Shown: piece after piece, positions 1 through 9,444 of the stretch
How the letters are laid out: every line of letters starts with the position of its first letter
How positions within the stretch are numbered: the stretch's first letter is position 1
Source of the DNA: Halolamina pelagica
Lineage (GTDB): Archaea > Halobacteriota > Halobacteria > Halobacteriales > Haloferacaceae
Assembly: GCF_900115675.1 (NCBI RefSeq)
Contig: NZ_FOXI01000003.1
Location: 234,767 to 258,766, forward strand
Direction: 5' to 3'
Length of the DNA: 24,000 nt
Position numbers and translations under genes: made by a program
The notes under the pieces: model-generated
The model's database searches: none
Told to the model about the DNA's origin: nothing
What the model saw: the letters and a program-made list of their open reading frames with translations, nothing else

Positions 1-688
1 ATTCGAGTTCACTTTGCTCCATCTGAGAGAGGACTTCCTCTGTTGAGGCAATACTCGAAATTCCAATTGCTGAGGAGAACTGGACAATCTCGGTCTCCAG
101 AATTGAAAACACACAGCGAGGACTCTCATCAAGATATTTTTGCCGAAAAGCCTCTGGTGGCTGGCTGTTGACCTCGTTAATCAACCGGTCTAACGAAAAG
201 AAAACCGTTGGAGCGACATCGATCGTTGCACTCTCGGCGATACATGCCTCGATATTCGATTTTCTAAGATTGTATGAGGTACTGATCTCGAAGTACTGTT
301 GATTCTCGTACACATCGTTCAACACGCTAAATATCTCCTCTACGCCAGAGATTGTACCAAGAGTTAGCTCCTGAAGTGAGTCCGCGAGGTCTGGATCGCT
401 CGGATATAGTCCTCCAGGATCGTATTGCTCACCATCTACTTGTTCGGCAACAATAGTATCCTCAGAAGGATTGTACTGGATTTGATAGCCATCAGATTCC
501 CCGTCAATATGGACTGTAAGACGACCAGTTTCAATATACTCTGATAGGTGGATCACCGCCTCGACAAAATCCTCAATCTCCTCAAGAGATGGCTCCTCGA
601 TTTCAATCGAATATGATTGACTGTCCTCTCCCTCTGAATCATCTCCTAAATCGACTACCCTCGAAACAGCATTTGCTAACTCCTCCAT
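1..688 (-). CDS. Hypothetical acidic protein, N-terminal 229 codons only (gene runs off the left edge of the window)
   Basis: Absent from the supplied ORF track because no stop lies inside the window. Hand translation of the minus strand from the ATG at 688-686 stays open for 229 codons to position 1: MEELANAVSRVVDLGDDSEGEDSQSYSIEIEEPSLEEIEDFVEAVIHLSEYIETGRLTVHIDGESDGYQIQYNPSEDT... The start is 10 nt downstream of the TAA (698-700) of the preceding same-strand gene. Acidic composition matches the neighbouring genes. No family recognised by eye. Confidence 0.55.
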   Translation of the reverse strand, partial: MEELANAVSRVVDLGDDSEGEDSQSYSIEIEEPSLEEIEDFVEAVIHLSEYIETGRLTVHIDGESDGYQIQYNPSEDTIVAEQVDGEQYDPGGLYPSDPDLADSLQELTLGTISGVEEIFSVLNDVYENQQYFEISTSYNLRKSNIEACIAESATIDVAPTVFFSLDRLINEVNSQPPEAFRQKYLDESPRCVFSILETEIVQFSSAIGISSIASTEEVLSQMEQSELE

Positions 689-697
689 CTTTCTCAG

Positions 698-1741
698 TTA
701 CTTCTGTACTGACCGATCTAATGATGAAGCGTGTATTCTAACGGTCCATTGACCGTCCTCGGCGTTTGGCTCCTCTATCACAAGTCGATCTTCAGAAAGA
801 GCACTGATAGGAGCGGAAACCTCTATATCATCGTCGAGCGATAAGACGACAGATTTTGGAGAGTAATCTGGATCGATACGGACATTAGCCTCATTCTGTT
901 CATAGAGCATATCTTCTACCTCCTGTTCCTCATAGTCCTCACCTAATATACGACGAGCCCCTTCGTGTACATCCTCGTTAGTCGCAATATCATCACCCAC
1001 GCTCGTAATTACGCTCTCAAACTCTCGTATCTCGTCTGGACGGAGACCAGCCCCTGTCTTTTCCTCTTTTAGATCACTCAGCCCATTGATGATCGTTTTC
1101 ATCTGATCCAAACTCGCGCTACTTGTTAGACATCCCAAGAAGTCCTCAAAGTATTCGGATGGAGCGTCTTCCTGGAGGAACTTCACGTCACCAGTGAGCC
1201 CAAATTTCTCGGACTGAAAAACTGGATAAGTGCCGCCCTTCTGTAGACTCTCAGCCTCAGGAAGTGCTCGATTGAGTTCTTCGTATTTGAGCTCGTTTGT
1301 GTCTTCTTCTAAAACGGAGCGTTGCTCATCATTAAGATCGAGCTTGAGAAGTCCAACGAATTGTTCACCACCTCGTTCAGCAAGAATCGTGAAAAGCACT
1401 CCATCAGAAGATCGAGCATCCATCTCTCCTTTCAGACGGTTAGCTAATTTCAGCGAAAGCTCCTCAAACCGATCATAATTCTCGGAGTCTTCCTCTAAGT
1501 CTAATTCCATCTCCTTGATTTCGTCCAGCCAGTGCTGTATTCCCCCATCGTTCTCGTCGTCATCGAAGTGTCCAATTCCGACTTTTTGGGTGTCTCGCTT
1601 GTTTATAATCGTAGTTAGGTATTCTCGAAAAATATCTAAGATGCCATCACCGATTGTAACATCGCGCGAACTTTGTAGCCATTCTTCATCTATGTCGTTT
1701 CCAACCGGTGAGTAAGCGATCCCATGAATATTGATAGTCAT
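698..1741 (-). CDS. NA37/NdpA(YejK)-like nucleoid-associated-protein-family protein (tentative)
   Basis: 347-aa ORF with a true ATG start (1741-1739). It resembles E. coli YejK along its length by eye: N-terminal MTINIHGIAY (YejK MSLDINQIALH), DGVLFTILAERGGEQFVGLLKLDL (YejK [22 protein letters not shown]), and EYFEDFLGC (YejK ADFFMDFLGA). It has its own TATA-like box at 1766-1772. Confidence 0.6.
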   Translation of the reverse strand: MTINIHGIAYSPVGNDIDEEWLQSSRDVTIGDGILDIFREYLTTIINKRDTQKVGIGHFDDDENDGGIQHWLDEIKEMELDLEEDSENYDRFEELSLKLANRLKGEMDARSSDGVLFTILAERGGEQFVGLLKLDLNDEQRSVLEEDTNELKYEELNRALPEAESLQKGGTYPVFQSEKFGLTGDVKFLQEDAPSEYFEDFLGCLTSSASLDQMKTIINGLSDLKEEKTGAGLRPDEIREFESVITSVGDDIATNEDVHEGARRILGEDYEEQEVEDMLYEQNEANVRIDPDYSPKSVVLSLDDDIEVSAPISALSEDRLVIEEPNAEDGQWTVRIHASSLDRSVQK

Positions 1742-1765
1742 TAACAGTACCCCGTGTGCGCCAAC

Positions 1766-1772
1766 ATTTATT
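1766..1772 (-). promoter_or_regulatory. TATA-like box (AATAAAT on the gene strand) for the NA37-like gene
   Basis: AATAAAT lies 25-31 nt upstream of the ATG at 1741. This spacing fits a leaderless haloarchaeal transcript starting at or near the ATG. Confidence 0.4.
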
Positions 1773-1874
1773 CCTTATTACACAGGTGAGGTTACACTAC
1801 ACCCCCTATGCTCTATCAGATTTGGATAATATACGGTAATATTGGGAGTGCTGTAGCGTAGTAGGTCCACAACG

Positions 1875-1892
1875 GTTGATGGCATCTTCAGC
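1875..1892 (-). repeat. Motif copy E1: GCTGA-AG-ATGCCATCAAC (gene-strand reading)
   Basis: Read directly from the sequence. It lies 28 nt downstream of the PLD::SNF2 stop codon (1921-1923). Confidence 0.8.
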
Positions 1893-1920
1893 ACCATTCT
1901 AAGTCACATCCCTGGTCTGA

Positions 1921-4900
1921 CTACGTAGTATCGAACGTCACCTGTGACATCAGCCCGGGTCGGTCGTTCTGATCGTCTTGATCTTCCTCGGGAGCCACAA
2001 TCATCCAACAGACCAACTTCACCTCGTCTTCCTCAATCGGTGGGAGTGGATCAGGAGCCTCGAACGGCTGTAGCCCCAATTCCTCTACCTTGTCGACCAG
2101 CTCCCGTGACTTTTCGATAGGGCCGAGAGACTCGTCCTCGTAGATTTCTCGAAGCTCACGTTCGTACTTGCGACCCCACGGAGCCTCTACAGCCTCCACA
2201 GTCTCTTGAAGCTCGTCCTGGGTCATATCATCCGGCCAGTGGTCACGGAGATGTTGGCCCACCTCACGGAACAGTCGGCGGATGTCAGGCTGGACGTTCA
2301 ACGGGTCCGTTTGCTCTTGCCACTGACGATAGATGTCCTCCTGTGCCGTCTCCCACGCTTCGTAGATTTGGTCTCGCATTCCATCTGGGAGAGCCCGTTC
2401 AGTATCACGAGAGCATTCGATGCGCTTCAGACAGGTCAGAGTGTCCTGAACCAGTTCGTCGTCCCCATCCATCTCGTGTGGGACGAACCGCATGAAGACC
2501 TCGTCCCCGACCCGAGCACAGAAGAAATAGCCCGGGTCTTCACCGCGGAATCCAGACCCAGCGGCCCACGGAAGTGACGTGATCTGATCCTCACGGTCCT
2601 CCAGTCCCTCGCGGAGTTCCTGGCGATATTCCTCCCCGGAATACGCCGCCGCTTCAGCCCCGCCTTGTTCGTAGAAATCCGATTCCTCCCGCTGGATCGA
2701 GTCTATTTCTTCGACCTTCTCCGCGAAGTTCTGATTGAGGGTATCCATATCCGGTATAACGCCCCCACTCACGCCGATTGAGCGGGCCGCCTGGGTGAGT
2801 TTCTCCCGAACCCGGTGTTCGAGCTCAAGAAGATCGTCCAGTCGATCCTCGGGGAAGAACGAGAATGGATAGATTTCCGAGTGCGGGGAATTAACGCGGT
2901 CGATACGTCCGTTCCGCTGAACGACGCGCATCGGGTTCCACGGGAGGTCGTAGTTGATGACGTTTCGCGCCTCTTGGAGGTTGACCCCCTGACCCAGGAC
3001 GTCCGTCGCAATCAGAATATCAAACTCGTCCGTGGCATCCGGTGGGGCGTCACCTGAGTTCGGTGCAAATCCGTGGACAGCTTCCTCTCGTGTGACGCCG
3101 TACTTCGAGCCGTCGCCGGACACAGCGGCAATGCGGCCCTCGTAACACGACAAGTCTTCGTCCTCGCTGACGATGGACTCCAGGTACTCGTAAATCCAAT
3201 CGACGGTGTCCTCGTAGTAGGAGAACAATAGCACCTTGCGGTTCTGGCGGAAGGCCGCCTCAACATCCTCATCCGAAATCTGTCGCGCCTCAGCGTCCTC
3301 TCTCGCTGTCTCAACGATGTCCTCAAGCGTATCACGGAGCGCATAGAGTTTCTCGTCATCTTCTCGGCTGACCGCCTGGGCTCCGTCGCGCCATCGCTCC
3401 AGTATCTCGATGTCGTGCTCAAGATCAGCCCGAAGCTCGGCGGGATCAGCATCCGCCGCCGCCAGCGAGATATTTCCGTCGGTCGCGTCATCCAACAGCT
3501 CCTCCATCCCTTCATCGCTGTCCGTCTCAACCCACTCATCAATCGCATTCGTCTCCGGGAAGTAGCCCTCGTCCATAAGTTGGAGCGCGATGCGATTTTG
3601 CGAGATCATCCCGTCGAGGGTGTTCTTGAAAGCGTAGCTTGACGACTCGAACCGTTTCAGGAGCCCCGTCCGCAACAGCCCGACCAAGGAAAGTTCAGAT
3701 GCGTCCTCCTCGCCCTCTAAGTAGTAGGACGGTCGGTAACGGGCCAGCGTGAGCTCAGCTTCGTCCCTGTCCCCAGCCGCCAGCCCTTCCGCGACGTCGA
3801 GGAAATAGTCGTCACCAAACGTCTCTGTGAACGTGTAGTCGACACGCTTGGGCTTCGGATCCGGGAAATTAATCCGCACTTCGCCGCCGTCGCCATCAGG
3901 CATCGTCGCGTTCTCATAGTGGTTCTTGATGAACCGCCGAGTCCGGCGTACCGTCGTCTGGTCGAGAATGTCAAACAGCATATCTGGACTGAGATCCGAC
4001 GGGTCCTCCGCCTGGGCTTGCTTGAACTGGTCTCGAAGCGACCGGATACCCTCGTTGGCAAAGGTAGCGTCGTTCCGGATGAAATAATTCAGGAGGTAGT
4101 ACAGGTCCCACAGTGAGTTGTTGACCGGCGTGGCCGTGAGCATAACAACGTCCTTTGGCGGATCTCCCCGGAGGAGCGTCCGGAGTGCGTGGGATTGCTG
4201 GGTGCCAGGGTTGCGGAACGCATGAGCCTCGTCAATAACGACCAACTGATACTCGTCGACGGGAAGACTGAGATTGTTGGCGTCCCCACCGAGTTGGCTG
4301 TCGTTCCGGAGTTCAGCGTAGGATACCGTCTCAAATTGCACACCCCACTCGGCTGGCTTCTGTGTCCACATCCCGTCCCTGAGATACGCCGGTGCGACGA
4401 CGAGTGCACGCTGTCGGTTCTCCTGGACGTACTGTTCGAGGAGCTTGCCCCCGATATACGTCTTCCCGAGTCCGACCTCATCGGCAATGATGACGCCGTT
4501 GTGCTTGTCGAGGAACCGATTTGCTCTCCTGACGCTGTCCTGTTGGAAATTGGTGAGGTTGATCGCACCCCCGTCGTCCTCTCGTTCCTCCTCCAGTTCA
4601 TCACCGTACCGTTCGTAGAGCACCCGGAGGTAGATTAGGTGTGGATCGTAGGGCTCGAATCGTTCCTCGTAGAGACTGGCGAGGTCGAACGGTTCGCTTT
4701 CTTCCCAGAGGTCTTCGAACCAGTCGTTGATGCGTTCGGTTACGTGAGGGTCGTAAGTGCCGAGGTTCAGCTCCAGATTCGAGTTCAGTCCCGCGCCGGT
4801 GAAGTTCGATGACCCAGCAATCGCTCCCTGGCTGTCCGAGAACAAGTATGCCTTCCCGTGGACGAAGCTATCCTCGTGGCGGCGCACCTCAACGCGGTCG

Positions 4901-5292
4901 CTCCGGAGGAAATCCACGAGTTCCTGAAGTCCTTGGTCGACATCCCGCGAGAAACCAAGCAAGTCTCGGTCACGTTCGAGATTCTGATCCAGCGTCTGGA
5001 GTGCTTCCTCGATACGCTTGCGTTCATACGCTTCCCCTCGTGGTTCCTCAGGTTGTCGCCAGCGTTCCTTGCCTTCCTGATCGGGTTGAGCCCCGATGAG
5101 GAGATGGACCTGATCGACGTGTTCCAGCCCCTCAGCGACTGAAAAGTACCCTCTTGGGTTGAAGTAGCCGGTGACAATGTCGAGGTTGGGGTCGTTAGCC
5201 AGCCGATCATCCAAGTCCGAGAGATAGGCGTTGATTGCGGCGGCAAGCGTATTGCCGTCTCGGTTGTCGACGACTTGCGGCTGTTCAGTCAT
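1921..5292 (-). CDS. PLD-family (HKD) nuclease domain fused to an SNF2/SF2 helicase-ATPase
   Basis: There is a single HKD motif, HGKAYLFSD...GSSNFT (nt ~4800-4860). The SNF2 motifs are DEVGLGKT (4459-4482), VVIDEAHAFRN (DEAH at 4219-4233), LTATPVNN, and DVLGQGVNLQ...NYDLPWNPMRVVQRNGRIDR. The ORF-track start at 5325 is GTG. I prefer the ATG at 5292-5290 (MTEQPQVV...), which overlaps the upstream methyltransferase stop as ATGACTGA, giving 1123 aa. Confidence 0.9.
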   Translation of the reverse strand: MTEQPQVVDNRDGNTLAAAINAYLSDLDDRLANDPNLDIVTGYFNPRGYFSVAEGLEHVDQVHLLIGAQPDQEGKERWRQPEEPRGEAYERKRIEEALQTLDQNLERDRDLLGFSRDVDQGLQELVDFLRSDRVEVRRHEDSFVHGKAYLFSDSQGAIAGSSNFTGAGLNSNLELNLGTYDPHVTERINDWFEDLWEESEPFDLASLYEERFEPYDPHLIYLRVLYERYGDELEEEREDDGGAINLTNFQQDSVRRANRFLDKHNGVIIADEVGLGKTYIGGKLLEQYVQENRQRALVVAPAYLRDGMWTQKPAEWGVQFETVSYAELRNDSQLGGDANNLSLPVDEYQLVVIDEAHAFRNPGTQQSHALRTLLRGDPPKDVVMLTATPVNNSLWDLYYLLNYFIRNDATFANEGIRSLRDQFKQAQAEDPSDLSPDMLFDILDQTTVRRTRRFIKNHYENATMPDGDGGEVRINFPDPKPKRVDYTFTETFGDDYFLDVAEGLAAGDRDEAELTLARYRPSYYLEGEEDASELSLVGLLRTGLLKRFESSSYAFKNTLDGMISQNRIALQLMDEGYFPETNAIDEWVETDSDEGMEELLDDATDGNISLAAADADPAELRADLEHDIEILERWRDGAQAVSREDDEKLYALRDTLEDIVETAREDAEARQISDEDVEAAFRQNRKVLLFSYYEDTVDWIYEYLESIVSEDEDLSCYEGRIAAVSGDGSKYGVTREEAVHGFAPNSGDAPPDATDEFDILIATDVLGQGVNLQEARNVINYDLPWNPMRVVQRNGRIDRVNSPHSEIYPFSFFPEDRLDDLLELEHRVREKLTQAARSIGVSGGVIPDMDTLNQNFAEKVEEIDSIQREESDFYEQGGAEAAAYSGEEYRQELREGLEDREDQITSLPWAAGSGFRGEDPGYFFCARVGDEVFMRFVPHEMDGDDELVQDTLTCLKRIECSRDTERALPDGMRDQIYEAWETAQEDIYRQWQEQTDPLNVQPDIRRLFREVGQHLRDHWPDDMTQDELQETVEAVEAPWGRKYERELREIYEDESLGPIEKSRELVDKVEELGLQPFEAPDPLPPIEEDEVKLVCWMIVAPEEDQDDQNDRPGLMSQVTFDTT

Positions 5293-8200
5293 CGTTTCTG
5301 GTGCCAGCCGCTTGTTCTTCCTCACGGTCGGTGTGATCGAGGTCCAGTCTATCCGCCCAACTCGCGTAGTAATCGAGAACGCGTTCTAATCGTTCCTCAT
5401 AATCCCATCCGTTATGGAAGGTCTCAAAGATGACCTCAACGTGCTCGCGAGTCAGCCCATAGAGGTGTGCGACTACAGCATCCAGCTCGTAGATTTTCTC
5501 CTGTTTCGTTTCTTCGTCAAGTGGGCCGTATTCGACATCAACTGTATCCGCCCAGTCCTCGTAACGATCATCGACGGCGGCAAGTCGGCCGGAGAGTTCA
5601 GTAACACGTTGGCGGAGCTCATCATTGCGCCCTGGGCGAGGGACCGGGAGGGCATTTAGGATATGATATTTCAGGTGTGTCTCAACGAACCTTCGGACAT
5701 ACCAATCGAATGGAATTGAACTCATTATACCAAGTAGATACGCTTCATCTCTCTCATCCCCACTGGGCCAGATGAAATATGGTGCCATCTCCACTAAGAA
5801 TACCTCTGGCGGGAGGAGTGAGGGTATACATGTTCTTGTATCTGTACTTCGGGCTACATCTCGGAAGGTAAGTCGAGGTTCAAAACAGGAAAGCGTATTC
5901 CTGTCATTCACCCATTCTTCCGGCATATCAGAGAATGGAGAGCGGGATCCAGCGTATTGATATGAGTTTTCTCTTTTCTCCTGTACGTAATCGATCATAA
6001 CATCTGGATCCGCCCACCCGTACCTAACACCTGTATCCGGCTCCCAAATATTGAATGACCCTCCTTTGAAAATTGGCCAATAACTATCAGCGGGATCGTC
6101 AGTGAAATGCATCAGTTGGGTGCCATCGTCTTTTTTCTTATCTTGAGTTGAGTGGAGCTCGGTGTTTGGAACAACATTCCACTCACCATCGGAATCCAGA
6201 CGTGGATGCCGCGCCATTACTCCAAACACTTCTCCTGTTTCTGGGACAGCGGGTAATAGAGGGAAAGAAGAACTATCTGTCCAGTGTTTTGCCCGGGATT
6301 GGTCGAAGTAGTGAGGCTCCTCATTCACACCTTTCTCGAAGGCCTCTATGCTCGGAAATGGCCCTCTAAGCGGTAGCGGCGTATCATCTGAAGGCGTTTC
6401 CTTCTTGAAACTAGTAAGGGCGATTGTATATTGTGGATGGACTTCAGAGAATATCCAATTTTGATTATTAACTAAGAACGTGATATCTTTCACAACTGAC
6501 TCTTCGAGGATTTTCTTCCTGAATTGCTCTGTTGCGGGGCCAACAAACGCACTTCTCGGTAGAACTACGCCGACATGTCCCTTCTTGGAAACGAGATGCC
6601 AAAACCGCCAACAAAACGCCACATACATATCTGGATCGCCACCGCCGATGCCTGGATAAGGACCCTCAGTAAGCATCTTAGCACGTTTCTCCTCCTCTAA
6701 TTTCTCGCTTTTCAGCTCCTCTACGAGATCTGGGCGCTCACTTTCGAGTTCATCAATACGCTCCTCGCGTTTAGTTGAGGAAAGACCACGGAGTCCGGGG
6801 TAATGCCTTGCCCAAAACTCGTGCCTCTCCAGCTTTGCTTTTTCCCATGGCGGGTTTCCAACAACAACATCAAATCCTGGGTTTTCGGTGTCAAAAACTT
6901 CAGGAAATGCTGTGGGAAAATGGAGTGGACTCGTCGACTCCAGTACTTTTTGAGCTTGCTTATAAGCATCCGTTTTTCTAATCTGTATACTGGTGTCCGA
7001 AACCGGTTCAGTATCTATACTTTCATCAATTCGGGATGCGGCCAGTACATCGAATCGTGCCCTAACTTCCTCTAATTTCTCCTCGATCTCGGCCCGGGTT
7101 TCTCGGGCTTCTTGCACCTGTTCAGCACTGGCGTCAGCAAAGTTTCCGAGACGAGAAATGTCTTCTCGAATCTCGTTCATTACACTCTGACCTCCAGCGA
7201 ACATACCCAGTGAGGATTGTTCTACGTCAAGAATATCTGTCACTTCTCCCAGTGTGCCAATTCCCGACAGTGAATCACCAGTCACGAGATTGTAATCGAG
7301 GAAGGTCAACGGGAGACCGGGGACAAACGTGTGAACCCAAATTGAAAGACGAGCCAACTCTGTGGCAAGTGGATTTAGGTCCGCACCGTAAACACAGCGT
7401 CGAGCAACCTGACGGCGGAGAAGTTGCCCTCGCTCGATATTGGGGGTGTATTCCTCATTTTCAAATGCATCTTCCGCGGCATCTCTGAGATTGTCGAGTT
7501 CTTTTTCGACTGGCGTGAGTTGGTTTTCAGTAAGGTATGCTCTGAGTCTCGTTTCAATCCGATCCACCGCTCCAACCAGGAAATGCCCCGACCCCATTGC
7601 GATGTCCGAGACACGAATATCGAAGAAAGCCTCCGCGGCGGCGTTCTCACCCTCCTCCTCACGTAGCCGGTCGATGCGTTCAATGTGATCGTCAAGTGCG
7701 GGCTCAAGCGAATTATCCAAGAGATGCTCGACGAACCTCGTCTTTGTGTAGTAGGTGCCAGTAGCCTTCCGCTCACCGGACTGGCCGTGGAGGTATACTT
7801 CACCCTTCTCAACTACAACGTTCTCATCGTCTTCCCCGAGCGTTTGCTGACCACCACTATCGACCGGCTTGTAGTGTCCTTTCTCGTCAGTCGTCAACGG
7901 CTGTTCCGCAACAGAGAGCTCTGATTCGAGGAGACCCTCGTAGATGACACCGAACTCTCGGACGCCAATGTTCCGGAAATCGACCGGTCCTTGGTACCCA
8001 TCTTCAGTCTCGTCAATGAGTAATCGGAATAGCACTGGGCCAAACTCGGCGTTGTTCAATCGGGTGTCCGAAAGCCGCGCACCCGCTTCGGAGACATCCT
8101 CATCTTCGGAGAGAATCCGCCCCTCGTAGGCGGGGAGTCCCATTTCCTCGTGACCGTGGTGGATAGCACGCGAGAGCCGCATCACATCGTCCCAGTGGTC

Positions 8201-9412
8201 GTAGAATGAGTCGTCAAACTCTCCGCCCTCCTGAACGAATTCGTGGAGATCGTGGGCCTTCTGTTTCAGCGAGTGTTGGTCGTAGCGACCGTTCCGCCGG
8301 CGGGGAAGAAACTCCTCGTCTTCGGCGTAAGCGATGAACAAGAGACGGTAGAGGAGAAAGAGCGCCATCTCGTAAGTCTGGTCGAGTTCCTCTTTCGTCG
8401 GGTCGTTGATGTCGCGTGCCTCGGCGATAGCCTCGGCGAGGTCGGGAATAACGTCGTCGTAGATGCGATTCCGGAGACGCCCACCGAGGTCAGCGGCGTA
8501 CTCCTTCGAGTCCTCCATAATCTGATGAAGGGCACCGTCGTCGCGGAGGGCATTCGCCGAGAACAACAGCCAGAGGTACGCCGCCTTCTCGTCGGCCAGG
8601 AGGTTCGTGTTCACCTCGACGTACGTGTCAGTCCGACCGCGTGAGCCGAAGCCAGCCTCCGGGTTCGTCGTATAGAGACGAAGCGTGTCACCGCTACTCC
8701 CGATGACGTAGTCCAGATTTCGCTTATCGGCCTCATTGAGTGCGTACGCTACCGGCGACTTGTTGACGAACCGATCTTGTTTGCGGTCGAATGACTCGTC
8801 TTCCTGGAGGAACATAGCCACGGCCCGCTCGTGGCCGTCACTGGTATCCTTGAGGACGTAGCTCTGGTCGGTAAGCCGGTCTATCTCGTAATTCAGCCCC
8901 TTCACCAAGTCTCGCGGGTCGTCCGTGAGTGCCTGTTGAGCGCGTTCAGTAGCATCGTCCCAATCGTCGCGTTCGGGGACACCAACCCTGAGTTCGTGCG
9001 TCGATAAGAGGCCTTGGTTCCGTAGGCCCGCAAGTTCCTCGTCAAGCTGTGGGAGCGTGTTAGAAAGGAACGACTGAGCGACGTGTCGATCTGGCTTTTT
9101 CAGAGCGGCGTCACAGACGCGCTCAGCTTGGCCGCGGTCGACGTCACGAAACACGGGCGGGTCTTCGCCGCTTGGCCCACACAGGCCGACCTTGTCATCG
9201 TATAGCGCGACCACGAGAATCGGGTTGACCCGACCGCCTCGCCGGTCGGTGTAGGTTCGCTGGAGGAAATCCTTGTTCGGCCGTTCGCCGTGATCGACGA
9301 CGACAATCTCTAACGCACTGGATCCTTCGCCTTGATAGAACTCAAATTCGGCGTCCGTCCTATCGTAAGACCAAGGACGACCATCGCGAGATTGGAGGAA
9401 ACCTGAAGACAT
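5285..9412 (-). CDS. Large gamma-class N6-adenine DNA methyltransferase, Eco57I/PglX-like (Type IIG/ISP-like MTase-TRD protein)
   Basis: SAM-binding motif I is DIAMGSGHFLVG (nt 7577-7606). Catalytic motif IV is VVVGNPPW (NPPW at 6845-6856). About 520 aa follow motif IV, leaving room for a TRD. The helical block LFLLYRLLFIAYAEDEEFLP and the C-terminal LNALPVP...YELDAVVAHLYGLTREHVEVI are typical of this family. The ORF-track start at 9484 is GTG. I prefer the ATG at 9412 (MSSGFLQSRDG...), which has a TATA box about 27 nt upstream, giving 1375 aa. No nuclease motif is visible in the N-terminal ~600 aa. Confidence 0.88.
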   Translation of the reverse strand: MSSGFLQSRDGRPWSYDRTDAEFEFYQGEGSSALEIVVVDHGERPNKDFLQRTYTDRRGGRVNPILVVALYDDKVGLCGPSGEDPPVFRDVDRGQAERVCDAALKKPDRHVAQSFLSNTLPQLDEELAGLRNQGLLSTHELRVGVPERDDWDDATERAQQALTDDPRDLVKGLNYEIDRLTDQSYVLKDTSDGHERAVAMFLQEDESFDRKQDRFVNKSPVAYALNEADKRNLDYVIGSSGDTLRLYTTNPEAGFGSRGRTDTYVEVNTNLLADEKAAYLWLLFSANALRDDGALHQIMEDSKEYAADLGGRLRNRIYDDVIPDLAEAIAEARDINDPTKEELDQTYEMALFLLYRLLFIAYAEDEEFLPRRRNGRYDQHSLKQKAHDLHEFVQEGGEFDDSFYDHWDDVMRLSRAIHHGHEEMGLPAYEGRILSEDEDVSEAGARLSDTRLNNAEFGPVLFRLLIDETEDGYQGPVDFRNIGVREFGVIYEGLLESELSVAEQPLTTDEKGHYKPVDSGGQQTLGEDDENVVVEKGEVYLHGQSGERKATGTYYTKTRFVEHLLDNSLEPALDDHIERIDRLREEEGENAAAEAFFDIRVSDIAMGSGHFLVGAVDRIETRLRAYLTENQLTPVEKELDNLRDAAEDAFENEEYTPNIERGQLLRRQVARRCVYGADLNPLATELARLSIWVHTFVPGLPLTFLDYNLVTGDSLSGIGTLGEVTDILDVEQSSLGMFAGGQSVMNEIREDISRLGNFADASAEQVQEARETRAEIEEKLEEVRARFDVLAASRIDESIDTEPVSDTSIQIRKTDAYKQAQKVLESTSPLHFPTAFPEVFDTENPGFDVVVGNPPWEKAKLERHEFWARHYPGLRGLSSTKREERIDELESERPDLVEELKSEKLEEEKRAKMLTEGPYPGIGGGDPDMYVAFCWRFWHLVSKKGHVGVVLPRSAFVGPATEQFRKKILEESVVKDITFLVNNQNWIFSEVHPQYTIALTSFKKETPSDDTPLPLRGPFPSIEAFEKGVNEEPHYFDQSRAKHWTDSSSFPLLPAVPETGEVFGVMARHPRLDSDGEWNVVPNTELHSTQDKKKDDGTQLMHFTDDPADSYWPIFKGGSFNIWEPDTGVRYGWADPDVMIDYVQEKRENSYQYAGSRSPFSDMPEEWVNDRNTLSCFEPRLTFRDVARSTDTRTCIPSLLPPEVFLVEMAPYFIWPSGDERDEAYLLGIMSSIPFDWYVRRFVETHLKYHILNALPVPRPGRNDELRQRVTELSGRLAAVDDRYEDWADTVDVEYGPLDEETKQEKIYELDAVVAHLYGLTREHVEVIFETFHNGWDYEERLERVLDYYASWADRLDLDHTDREEEQAAGTRNDD

Positions 9413-9437
9413 GTTTACACCAGTTGAGTGGACGGCT

Positions 9438-9444
9438 GATATAG
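9438..9444 (-). promoter_or_regulatory. TATA box (CTATATC on the gene strand) for the methyltransferase/helicase transcription unit
   Basis: CTATATC is centred about 29 nt upstream of the ATG at 9412. This fits a leaderless mRNA and supports 9412 over the GTG at 9484 as the start. Confidence 0.45.
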
